This document shows, piece after piece, positions 18,518-27,062 of a stretch of DNA of 64,000 nucleotides. The notes beneath the pieces are model-generated. The model was not told the DNA's origin, searched no databases, and saw only the letters and a list, made by a program, of their open reading frames with translations. Numbering within the stretch: position 1 is the stretch's first letter; each line of letters opens with the position of its first letter. This DNA is from Oscillospiraceae bacterium (GTDB lineage: Bacteria; Bacteroidota; Bacteroidia; Bacteroidales; WCHB1-69), in contig CAVCMI010000015.1 of NCBI GenBank assembly GCA_963603365.1, positions 97,964 through 161,963 of the forward strand, written 5' to 3'. The translations under genes and the position numbers were made by a program.

Positions 18518-19776
18518 AAATTCTTATTGTCGGACGTGGCGGCCGCGAACACGCCATAGCCTGGAAAGCAGCACAGTCGCCGCTTGCAACACAGATATTC
18601 ATAGCCCCCGGAAACGACGGCATGGAGGCACTGGCCGCCGAAACGGGCATTCCCGTCAAAAGAGTGCCTTTAGACGAAAACGACATTGACGGGCTGCTCC
18701 GTTTTGCCCTCGAAGAACATATAGACCTTACTGTCATAGGACCCGAGGCTGTGCTCATGAATGGCATTGCCGACCGTTTCCAAGAGGCCGGTCTGCAGAT
18801 TTTCGCCCCCACGCGCAGCGCCGCCCGCATTGAGGGCAGCAAGCAGTTTGCCAAAGAACTGATGAACAAGTACGGCATCCCGACTGCCGAGCACCGGACT
18901 TTTGATGACTACAATAAAGCCAAGGAGTACCTCAACGCCACGGGTGCACCGGTCGTGGTCAAATACGACGGGCTGGCCGCCGGCAAGGGCGTCGTAGTTG
19001 CCATGACAGTCGATGAGGCCGACACCGCGCTCAAGGACATGCTGCAAGACAACCGATTCGGGCAAGGGCGCGTCATTATGGAAGAATACCTTCAAGGCCC
19101 CGAGTTTTCGCTGCTGGCGCTGGTCAACGGCGAGCAAGTGTTGCCGCTCACGATAGCCCAGGACCACAAACGGGCTTACGACGGCGACAAAGGTCCCAAC
19201 ACGGGCGGCATGGGCGCATATACGCCCGTGCCGGTCATCCCTGAAACGCAAGTCGACTGGGCTGTGGAGCATATTATGAAAGCAGCAGCCAAAGCCATGG
19301 TTGCCGAGGGTTGCCCTTTCTGCGGCGTGCTTTACGGCGGACTGATCCTGACAGAAAACGGGCCGAAAGTCATCGAGTTCAATGCCCGCTTCGGCGACCC
19401 CGAGACCGAGGTTGTTTTGCCCAAAATGAAGAGCGACCTCATACAGCACATCTTGGACTTGCTATCCCATAAATCATCCGTTCCTGAGTTCAGCAATGAC
19501 GTATTCTTAGGTGTCGTGCTGGCTGCCAAAGGATATCCTGGGAAGTACGGCAAAGGGCTGCCAATCAACAATCTGGAGCATATAAAGCAGCGTGTATTTC
19601 ACATGGGGACAGCCCGCCGGGGAAACCAATGGCTGTCTGACGGCGGACGCGTATTGTTTGTAGTTGGACAGGGCAAAAACATACAGGAGGCACGCGCCGA
19701 CGCTTACGCCGGCGTTGATGCCATTGACAGTCCTGAACTTTTCTGTCGAAGAGACATCGGTTGGCAGGCGCTTTAA
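18514..19776 (+). CDS. purD: phosphoribosylamine--glycine ligase PurD
   Basis: MKILIVGRGGREHAIAWK...APGNDG...VVKYDGLAAGKGV...EEYLQGPEFS...GPNTGGMGAY...EFNARFGDPE. ATG overlaps the upstream stop (ATGA). Confidence 0.95.
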   Translation: MKILIVGRGGREHAIAWKAAQSPLATQIFIAPGNDGMEALAAETGIPVKRVPLDENDIDGLLRFALEEHIDLTVIGPEAVLMNGIADRFQEAGLQIFAPTRSAARIEGSKQFAKELMNKYGIPTAEHRTFDDYNKAKEYLNATGAPVVVKYDGLAAGKGVVVAMTVDEADTALKDMLQDNRFGQGRVIMEEYLQGPEFSLLALVNGEQVLPLTIAQDHKRAYDGDKGPNTGGMGAYTPVPVIPETQVDWAVEHIMKAAAKAMVAEGCPFCGVLYGGLILTENGPKVIEFNARFGDPETEVVLPKMKSDLIQHILDLLSHKSSVPEFSNDVFLGVVLAAKGYPGKYGKGLPINNLEHIKQRVFHMGTARRGNQWLSDGGRVLFVVGQGKNIQEARADAYAGVDAIDSPELFCRRDIGWQAL

Positions 19777-19806
19777 GGGGGCATTCCATTGTTTACTTAA
19801 TTATTG

Positions 19807-19814
19807 TATGTTTG
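19807..19814 (+). promoter_or_regulatory. -7 promoter box for the TonB-dependent receptor gene
   Basis: TATGTTTG, 37 nt upstream of the ATG at 19851. Confidence 0.5.
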
Positions 19815-19850
19815 CAGCCCGATAATATAAAACAAACCGAACCTTATAGG

Positions 19851-22136
19851 ATGAAAAGAATATTAGCACTTCTGTTCGCACTCTGGATAATCATTCCGGC
19901 GCTCAACGCACAGCATGCCATGCTGAAGGGTTTCACATACGACGACTCCAACGGTGAGGTACTGCCATACTGCACGATACAGTTGGTCGGCACCTCTATG
20001 GGCACACTTTCAGACGGCAGCGGCGCATTTGCCATCAACAAGATACCTGCCGGAAAATATGCGGTCAAGGTCACCTCGCCCGGATTTGCCGACCTGTTCG
20101 ACTCACTCATAGTCACCAAGGAGCAGCTCTTCACCAAACGCTACTCGCTGTCACCGAGTTCCACCATGCTGGAGAGCGTGCAGATACAGGGAGAGGGGCA
20201 GCGCAAGGAACAGGAAACGCGCACTTCGGTAGTGAGCATCACTCCTAAAGACATGAGCAAAATGCCCGCGATCGGGGGGCAGCCTGACTTTGCACAGTAT
20301 CTCCAAGTGTTGCCCGGTGTGGTCTCCACCGGCGACCAGGGCGGACAACTCTACGTGAGAGGCGGCACGCCGGCGCAGAACATGCTGCTACTTGACGGCG
20401 TCATCATCTACAACCCTTTCCACTCCATCGGCATATTTTCCGTATTCGACATGGACATCATGAGCAGTGCCGACATATACACGGGAGGCTTCGGCGCAGA
20501 GTTCGGCGGAAGGATTTCGTCCGTCATGGACATCAAAACCCGCGACGGCAACAAAAAACGGCTCGCCGGCAAAATAGACCTGAGCAATATCGAATCGCAG
20601 GTCCTGCTCGAAGGGCCGCTCGTCAAACTCAAAGACGACCGCAAGACAGCCTTGAGTTTTGTCCTCTCAGGGAAAGGCTCATTTCTGAATCAGGCCTCGC
20701 ACATCTTCTACCCATACGTAGAGGGCGACGGACTGCCGTACAATTTCCTTGACCTCTACGGGAAAGTCACCTTGTCAACCATGAACGGTTCCAAGCTTAA
20801 CCTCTTCGGATTCCGTTTTGACGACAAGGTGAATTACAGTTCTATTGCCACGTACGCCTGGGACAACTGGGGAGTGGGGTCCAACTTCCAGATTGTGCCC
20901 GGAGGCGTGCCCGTAACCATCGACGGCTCCCTTGCATACTCCAAGTACGGATGTGACCTTACCGATGTCCAGTCCTCGTCGGCCAGCCGGAAAAGCACTA
21001 TGGACGGGTTCACGTTCAATCTCACTTTCAATTACTATTTGGGCAGCAGCGTCCTCAACGTAGGCGTTGAGACCGTCGGCTTCAACACGGAGTACGAATA
21101 CCCCACCCTCCTCAGCCAGTCTTCAATCGAAGACCACACCACAGACTTCTCAGTCTTTGCAAAATACAAATACAACCTCCGCAACAAACTCATCATCGAG
21201 CCTGGATTCAGGCTGCAATATTACTATTCTGTGGGGGAAGCCTCGCCAGAGCCGCGCCTTGCCCTGAAATACAACATAAAGCGCAACCTCCGGCTCAAAC
21301 TTGCCGCCGGCCTCTATTCACAGAACCTGATTTCGATAACCTCTGACCAAGATGTGGTCAGCCTCTTCAACGGCTTCTTGTCGTCTCCCGTTGACAATAA
21401 ACTTTTGGCAAACACGATGCTCGGGACGAGAGACACGGTGAAAGGGCGACTGCAGAAATCGCAGCATGTTGTGCTCGGTCTTGAGTATGACCCCATCCAA
21501 CACGTCACAATGAACATCGAGGGGTACTACAAGAACTTCTCACAACTCATCTCCGCCAACCGATACAAAATAATGGACGATGACAATGATTTCATCTGGG
21601 AAAAAGGACACGCTTACGGCGGCGACATCTCTGTGAAATACGAGAACAAAGGGATTTACGTTTGGTTTGTCTATTCCCTTGGATGGGTCAAGAGAACCGA
21701 CGGCATCATTGAATACAACCCTCACTTCGACAGAAGACACAACATCAACCTGCTGGCATCATACGCATTCGGCAAACGCAAGTCTTGGCAGGTAGATGCC
21801 CGGTGGAACTTCGGCACAGGATTCCCGTTCACGCAAACCAGAGCCTATTATCCCGACTATACCCCTACGGCCATCAACGACGACTACATCTCAACCAACG
21901 AGGACGTCTCCTTCCTGCTTTCCGACTACAACCAGGCCCGATTGCCCAACTACCACCGCCTCGACCTCAGTGCCAAGAAAAAATTCTTTTTAGGCGAACG
22001 GCAGACCATCGAATTGAGCGTCTCGTTCTCCAATGTTTACAACTACAAAAACATCTTCTATGTGAACAGAACTACGAACGAAATGATATATCAACTCCCA
22101 TTTTTATACTATTTTGGAATGGTATGGAGATTCTGA
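19851..22136 (+). CDS. TonB-dependent receptor with N-terminal carboxypeptidase-regulatory-like domain
   Basis: Signal peptide MKRILALLFALWIIIPALNAQ, then a CarboxypepD_reg-like segment (GFTYDDSNGEVLPYCTIQLVGTSMGTLSDGSGAFAI), a plug (VRGGTPAQNMLLLDGVIIYNPFH) and a large barrel ending in an aromatic residue (...FGMVWRF). Confidence 0.85.
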   Translation: MKRILALLFALWIIIPALNAQHAMLKGFTYDDSNGEVLPYCTIQLVGTSMGTLSDGSGAFAINKIPAGKYAVKVTSPGFADLFDSLIVTKEQLFTKRYSLSPSSTMLESVQIQGEGQRKEQETRTSVVSITPKDMSKMPAIGGQPDFAQYLQVLPGVVSTGDQGGQLYVRGGTPAQNMLLLDGVIIYNPFHSIGIFSVFDMDIMSSADIYTGGFGAEFGGRISSVMDIKTRDGNKKRLAGKIDLSNIESQVLLEGPLVKLKDDRKTALSFVLSGKGSFLNQASHIFYPYVEGDGLPYNFLDLYGKVTLSTMNGSKLNLFGFRFDDKVNYSSIATYAWDNWGVGSNFQIVPGGVPVTIDGSLAYSKYGCDLTDVQSSSASRKSTMDGFTFNLTFNYYLGSSVLNVGVETVGFNTEYEYPTLLSQSSIEDHTTDFSVFAKYKYNLRNKLIIEPGFRLQYYYSVGEASPEPRLALKYNIKRNLRLKLAAGLYSQNLISITSDQDVVSLFNGFLSSPVDNKLLANTMLGTRDTVKGRLQKSQHVVLGLEYDPIQHVTMNIEGYYKNFSQLISANRYKIMDDDNDFIWEKGHAYGGDISVKYENKGIYVWFVYSLGWVKRTDGIIEYNPHFDRRHNINLLASYAFGKRKSWQVDARWNFGTGFPFTQTRAYYPDYTPTAINDDYISTNEDVSFLLSDYNQARLPNYHRLDLSAKKKFFLGERQTIELSVSFSNVYNYKNIFYVNRTTNEMIYQLPFLYYFGMVWRF

Positions 22137-22229
22137 AATCATAGATTCTTTGCACATATTATTTATATTCAATACTTTAAAATAAATCAAAAAAAATCAG
22201 AGAACACGCTGAACAAACAAAAAAAAGCA

Positions 22230-22237
22230 TACTTTTG
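22230..22237 (+). promoter_or_regulatory. -7 promoter box for tRNA-Asp
   Basis: TACTTTTG, 20 nt upstream of the mature tRNA 5' end. Confidence 0.55.
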
Positions 22238-22256
22238 CAGCGTTCAAACGACGAAC

Positions 22257-22331
22257 GGATCGGTAGTTCAGTTTGGTTAGAATACATGCCTGTCACGCAT
22301 GGGGTCGCGAGTTCGAGTCTCGTCCGGTCCG
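22257..22331 (+). tRNA. tRNA-Asp (anticodon GTC)
   Basis: Hand-folded cloverleaf. Acceptor GGATCGG/CCGGTCC, anticodon stem CATGC/GCATG with loop CTGTCAC, T-arm GCGAG-TTCGAGT-CTCGT, discriminator G. CCA is not encoded. Confidence 0.9.
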
Positions 22332-22333
22332 CA

Positions 22334-22367
22334 AAAAGGAGAAAGCCTCAAGAGTTTTCTCCTTTTT
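22334..22367 (+). terminator. hairpin terminator after tRNA-Asp
   Basis: AAAAGGAGAAA-(11-nt loop)-TTTCTCCTTTT directly follows the tRNA. Confidence 0.6.
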
Positions 22368-22471
22368 CATTTTCAAGACAATCCGTTTTCAACAAATCCG
22401 TCTATAGTTACATTATAAAATCAACTCGGATAATTATAAGAACACACTTTGAAAAGAAGTTCTGTTTTTGC

Positions 22472-22479
22472 TATCTTTG
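22472..22479 (+). promoter_or_regulatory. -7 promoter box for the AddA-like helicase-nuclease gene
   Basis: TATCTTTG, 106 nt upstream of the ATG at 22585. Confidence 0.5.
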
Positions 22480-22584
22480 CAGCCATAATAGAAGAATGAC
22501 AATTTGGACTGACGGGAAGCAGACAACCATGCTGCCTGACTGTTGTGCCAAAAACACTAATAAGAAAACGAAAACAACCTGAAC

Positions 22585-25500
22585 ATGTTCACCACTTACT
22601 CCGCTTCAGCCGGTTCCGGGAAAACCACACACCTTGTCGCCGACTATATTGCATTGTGTTTCAAGTTTGACGCTGCTGCAAGAGCAGCCGCATCAGGCAA
22701 TGCCTCATCCTTTCATCTTGACAGTTACCGGCGCATATTAGCCATCACTTTCACCAATGCCGCAACCGCCGAGATGAAAGACAGAATTGTACGCACATTG
22801 AAAGCTTTCGCTTTCAATGACTACAAAAACCTCGGCGGAAGCGAAAAGGCCATTTACAACATCATCGTAAAAAAACTGTTCAGCGAAAAACACGACCGTG
22901 CTGCCGTGTCCTTTTTTATGCAACAGGAGTCTCTTGAGCTGCTCCGACGCCTCATTTTCGACTATGCCCGCTTCTCCGTCTCCACCATTGACAGTTTCAA
23001 CCAACGCACCATCCACTCCTCTGCCTTGTCGATGGACCTCAACCTCAACTATTCGGTGCAGCTTGACCTTTACGAGTTCTACCAACTTGCCATTGACCAG
23101 ATGCTCAACACTCTTCAAGCAGGTTCTGACCTCTCCGACCGCATCCTCTATCTCATCGACAACGAAATGGAAGATGCCGGGAAAGCAAACATTGACGGCA
23201 AACTTCAAGACAGCCTCAAAGTTCTCTATGGCAATGCCGAAGAAAACTACAGATTCCTTAAGACGCTCTATGCTACGGACTCTAAAGACCTGCGAGAAAA
23301 ACTCTCGCAGATGAAAGAGAAACTCCATGCTGACCTCGAAGACATCAAAACCAAAATTCGTCCGGAGGCGGGAAAGGGCAACTGTCATATTGCAACAATC
23401 AAAAATACAGGTTCAAAATTCAGCAAACCCAAGATTGAAAAATGGTTTGACAATAGGATAAAAGACCCTTTCGGGGAATCAGATCTGATAGTCCCAGAAT
23501 GTTTCAAGAACGATAAGGGAAGCTATTTCAAGAAAAGCAAAGAGAAACTGTCGGCAAAAGATCAGGGAACCGCCGACAATGAGATACTCGAGGTAGAAAA
23601 ATGTATGGCCAACATACGCGCCGTTCTCGAATCAGACGAATCGAGAGCATACCGCGACAACCTCATCCGCTGCAAAAAAGGAACAACCATGCTGATGCTG
23701 AAAGACTTGAAAGAGAAGATGGACGAAATAAAAAATCAGCGCAACTTTTTCATTCTGAGTGAGGCAAACACACTTCTCTGTGAAAAAATCGAAGAACTTG
23801 GCTTTGAAACCATCTTTGACAGAGTGAAATACGAAAACTTCTTCATAGACGAGTTTCAAGACACCTCTGCCATGCAATGGGGGAACTTAAAACCGTTGCT
23901 GATAAACAACGCGCTGGCGTCAGGGCACGATGTCTCTCTCTTCGGAGATGTTAAACAAGCCATCTACCGGTTCCGAGGGGGAGATTCAAAACTCTTTTAC
24001 AACCTGATTGACGAAACCCGTTTCAACAATGACAAGGATCTTTCTGCCGTTGTAGACCACGAACACTACAACTCCATCAACCTCGGCACCAACTTCCGTT
24101 CGCTCCACACGATTGTGGAATTCAACAATAAGTTCTTCGGTTTTTATGCGGAAGGGAAAAAAGCCGACAATTATTACAAAGAGGGTCTTGTACAAGAAAT
24201 AAACCAACAAAAAAAGGGACTTGTGCAGGTTTGCTTCTGCGACAAGGGGGAAACCGAAGCAACGGGCGAAATGGCATCAACCGAAGGCAACACGACAGTT
24301 TTCGACCTTTTTTCTCCCGAAGAGGCCGAGGCGCTCCGCGGTATCCTGACAACCCAAGAACTCACGCCGGAACAATTGGAAGTGCTGTTTGCCGTGAAAG
24401 ATGCCCGCCGAAGAGGCTATCGCGACGGCGACATTGCCGTGCTGTTTAGAGGCAACGACGACTGCACCGGCATGGCCAACATTATGCTTGCTTTAGGATG
24501 GAATGTGATCACGCCGAAGTCTTTGCTTTTAGACAACTCCTCTTATGTCAACCTCATCGTCTATACTATACAATGCCTGCTGAACCCATCCGACAAAGTA
24601 GCCCAATACGCCATACAGCACAGCATACAAAAGCTTATTCCGCCCCAAAACTCATCATCTCCAAACAACACGGACGTAAACAACGGAGAAGAAACGAGCA
24701 ACTGGAGAAAGTTCAACGGCCATATAAAAGAGCATCTTGGGAGAGAACTCTCCTTCCAATGGCTTTCACAACCCCTATACGTTTTAGTGCAGAAAATCAT
24801 GTCCTTTTATGGCATGCACAAGCTGTCGGATCCTTTCCTCACCGGTTTCGAGAGCCTCGTGATGGACTACACCGCCAAACGGAACGGCGAGCCGGCCGAT
24901 TTTCTGCTTTGGTGGCAGATGTTGAAAGACAACGAGAAAATGCCGTCACTGACATTGCCGGAAGGCCTGGATTCAATCCGCATCAACACCATACACAAAT
25001 CGAAAGGACTGGAATACCCTGTGGTCATCCTTCCGTACAGCGAATCCGACCGACAAAACAACAAGCAGTTCTGTTTCTGGGAACGTCTTGATGACCGAAC
25101 CGTTGCATACATCAATTTGAGCAAATCGGACTTGCCCTATTCCTCTTACCAGCCGCAATTCGACCAAGAAGAGCTGAACAGAACTATGGACACGGAGAAC
25201 CTCCTCTATGTGGCTCACACAAGGGCGCGCGACATGCTTTACATCATCACCAATCGGATAAAAAAAGACGGTAACACATACGGAGACATTCTGTCACGCT
25301 TTTTAGAAGGCAACCCGACACTGTTCACCCGAGACCCGAACGAACCAAACCGTTATTACGCAGGAGACCCGGACTGGAAAAACCCCTCAGATCCGCCAGA
25401 TCCCAAAAACATCACTGTCCCAACTGTCACGGCTTCAGATTTCAGCATTGACAGCATATTCAGAACAATGGACATCATCAAGGAGGACGATCCTCGCACC

Positions 25501-25887
25501 GAAGGCATTGTCATCCACGATTTTCTCTCCCAATTAGAAAAATACCCTCAAGACGAACAAGAGACTGAACAGGTTCTTGAGCATGTGGATGCGCGACTCA
25601 AAGAGCACCTGCGGTGTTTCTTCAGAAAAATACAAAGCGAGGAGAAATGGCATGAATTGTTCTTTCCTGTGCCTGGCGTTAAAGTCTTCAACGAATACAA
25701 CATTATTGACAAAGACGGCAACGAATACCGCCCCGACAGGATTGTATTTCTGGACGGGAAGACGGTAGTCGTCGACTACAAAACGGGGGAGGAGCGTGAC
25801 GAACACCGCTCACAAGTAGAGAACTACTGTCAGTTGCTGCGCGACATGGGGTATCCGGACGTGTCGGGGGAACTGCTGTACTTTTAG
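22585..25887 (+). CDS. UvrD/Rep-family helicase fused to a PD-(D/E)XK nuclease (AddA/RecB-like)
   Basis: Walker A ASAGSGKT, motif II FIDEFQDTS, motif III GDVKQAIYRFRGG, NFRS, TIHKSKGLEYPVV, YVAHTRARDML. C-terminal nuclease motifs IHDFL, DRIVFLDGKTVVVDYKTGE, QVENYCQLL. Confidence 0.85.
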   Translation: MFTTYSASAGSGKTTHLVADYIALCFKFDAAARAAASGNASSFHLDSYRRILAITFTNAATAEMKDRIVRTLKAFAFNDYKNLGGSEKAIYNIIVKKLFSEKHDRAAVSFFMQQESLELLRRLIFDYARFSVSTIDSFNQRTIHSSALSMDLNLNYSVQLDLYEFYQLAIDQMLNTLQAGSDLSDRILYLIDNEMEDAGKANIDGKLQDSLKVLYGNAEENYRFLKTLYATDSKDLREKLSQMKEKLHADLEDIKTKIRPEAGKGNCHIATIKNTGSKFSKPKIEKWFDNRIKDPFGESDLIVPECFKNDKGSYFKKSKEKLSAKDQGTADNEILEVEKCMANIRAVLESDESRAYRDNLIRCKKGTTMLMLKDLKEKMDEIKNQRNFFILSEANTLLCEKIEELGFETIFDRVKYENFFIDEFQDTSAMQWGNLKPLLINNALASGHDVSLFGDVKQAIYRFRGGDSKLFYNLIDETRFNNDKDLSAVVDHEHYNSINLGTNFRSLHTIVEFNNKFFGFYAEGKKADNYYKEGLVQEINQQKKGLVQVCFCDKGETEATGEMASTEGNTTVFDLFSPEEAEALRGILTTQELTPEQLEVLFAVKDARRRGYRDGDIAVLFRGNDDCTGMANIMLALGWNVITPKSLLLDNSSYVNLIVYTIQCLLNPSDKVAQYAIQHSIQKLIPPQNSSSPNNTDVNNGEETSNWRKFNGHIKEHLGRELSFQWLSQPLYVLVQKIMSFYGMHKLSDPFLTGFESLVMDYTAKRNGEPADFLLWWQMLKDNEKMPSLTLPEGLDSIRINTIHKSKGLEYPVVILPYSESDRQNNKQFCFWERLDDRTVAYINLSKSDLPYSSYQPQFDQEELNRTMDTENLLYVAHTRARDMLYIITNRIKKDGNTYGDILSRFLEGNPTLFTRDPNEPNRYYAGDPDWKNPSDPPDPKNITVPTVTASDFSIDSIFRTMDIIKEDDPRTEGIVIHDFLSQLEKYPQDEQETEQVLEHVDARLKEHLRCFFRKIQSEEKWHELFFPVPGVKVFNEYNIIDKDGNEYRPDRIVFLDGKTVVVDYKTGEERDEHRSQVENYCQLLRDMGYPDVSGELLYF

Positions 25888-25891
25888 CGGG

Positions 25892-26971
25892 TCAAACAAT
25901 TTCCTCTTTCAGGCGTTCCGCATTTTCGGCCACCTGCAAAGCCTGCAGCACCTCTTCAATATCTCCGTTCATGAAATTGGCGAGATTGTACATCGTATAA
26001 TTGATACGGTGGTCTGTGACGCGGTTTTGCGGATAGTTGTAGGTTCTGATCTTTGCGGAGCGGTCGCCTGTTGACACCATCGTCTTCCGTTTTGAGGCTA
26101 TCTCGTCGAGATACTTTTTGTACTCCATCTCAAACAGTCGGTTACGGAGCACCCGCATAGCCTTGTCGAGGTTTTTGATCTGCGACTTCTCGTCCTGGAT
26201 TGAGACCACGATGCCTGTCGGGATATGGGTAAGACGAACTGCGGAGTAAGTGGTGTTTACGCATTGGCCGCCCGGTCCGGAGGCGCAGAACGTCTCCTTC
26301 TTTATATCGGCCTGTTTCAGTTCCACGTCAAATTCATCTGCTTCGGGCAGCACCACCACCGAGGCGGCAGAGGTATGCACTCGCCCTTGGGATTCAGTCT
26401 GCGGCACACGTTGCACGCGGTGTACGCCCGACTCGTACTTCATAATGCCATAGACGCCGTCACCGTTCACGGAAAACACAATCTCCTTATAGCCGCCTAC
26501 CGTACCCTCGGTCATGGAAACCACCTCTATCTTCCACCCTTTCTTGTCGCAATAATGCTGATACATCCTGAACAGGTCGCCGGCGAAAATGCTGGCTTCG
26601 TCGCCGCCCGTGCCGGCTCTGATTTCCATCTGGGCGTTCTTGCTGTCTTGCGGGTCAGACGGCAGCAGCAGCAGTCTGATATCCTCCTCAAGGCGTTCCT
26701 TTTCGGCCCCGAAACTGTCGAGTTCAACTTTAGCCATCTCCCGGAACTCCTCGTCTTTCTCATTTGCCAAAATCTCTTTGGCATTGGCTATATTGCCAAT
26801 AACATCCTTATACTTCTTGTAAGCGTCAACCACAGCCTGCAGGTCTTTGTAATCTTTGCTCATTTTGATGAACTTCTTCATGTCAGACATGGCATCCGGC
26901 TTCGCAATATCCTCTCCTATCTGCAGCCAACGCTGGTAAATAAGTTCCAGTTTATCCAATAAATCATTCAT
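25892..26971 (-). CDS. prfA: peptide chain release factor 1
   Basis: RVQRVPQTESQGRVHTS (RF1 PxT tripeptide region) and SGPGGQCVNTT (GGQ motif). Confidence 0.95.
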   Translation of the reverse strand: MNDLLDKLELIYQRWLQIGEDIAKPDAMSDMKKFIKMSKDYKDLQAVVDAYKKYKDVIGNIANAKEILANEKDEEFREMAKVELDSFGAEKERLEEDIRLLLLPSDPQDSKNAQMEIRAGTGGDEASIFAGDLFRMYQHYCDKKGWKIEVVSMTEGTVGGYKEIVFSVNGDGVYGIMKYESGVHRVQRVPQTESQGRVHTSAASVVVLPEADEFDVELKQADIKKETFCASGPGGQCVNTTYSAVRLTHIPTGIVVSIQDEKSQIKNLDKAMRVLRNRLFEMEYKKYLDEIASKRKTMVSTGDRSAKIRTYNYPQNRVTDHRINYTMYNLANFMNGDIEEVLQALQVAENAERLKEEIV

Positions 26972-26996
26972 TCAATGAAAATTTCAAATTCGGCTG

Positions 26997-27004
26997 CAAA
27001 GGTA
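26997..27004 (-). promoter_or_regulatory. -7 promoter box for prfA
   Basis: TACCTTTG on the minus strand, 26 nt upstream of the prfA ATG (26971). Confidence 0.55.
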
Positions 27005-27026
27005 CAAAAAAAGGGGCATTTTTTCT

Positions 27027-27034
27027 TACCTTTG
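27027..27034 (+). promoter_or_regulatory. -7 promoter box for uvrA
   Basis: TACCTTTG, 29 nt upstream of the ATG at 27063. Confidence 0.55.
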
Positions 27035-27062
27035 CATCCTGTTTCTGAAAGACACTTGTTAT

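Noticed and set aside
22235-22582. A 115-aa ORF in the ORF track.
   Set aside because: It runs straight through the tRNA-Asp gene and its terminator, so it is a spurious frame. Only its last 28 codons are discussed separately, as a possible uORF.
22137-22584. A possible genomic island integrated at tRNA-Asp.
   Set aside because: There is no integrase, recombinase or transposase ORF in the window. I could not find a direct repeat of the tRNA 3' end downstream. Only one gene separates the tRNA from core prfA.
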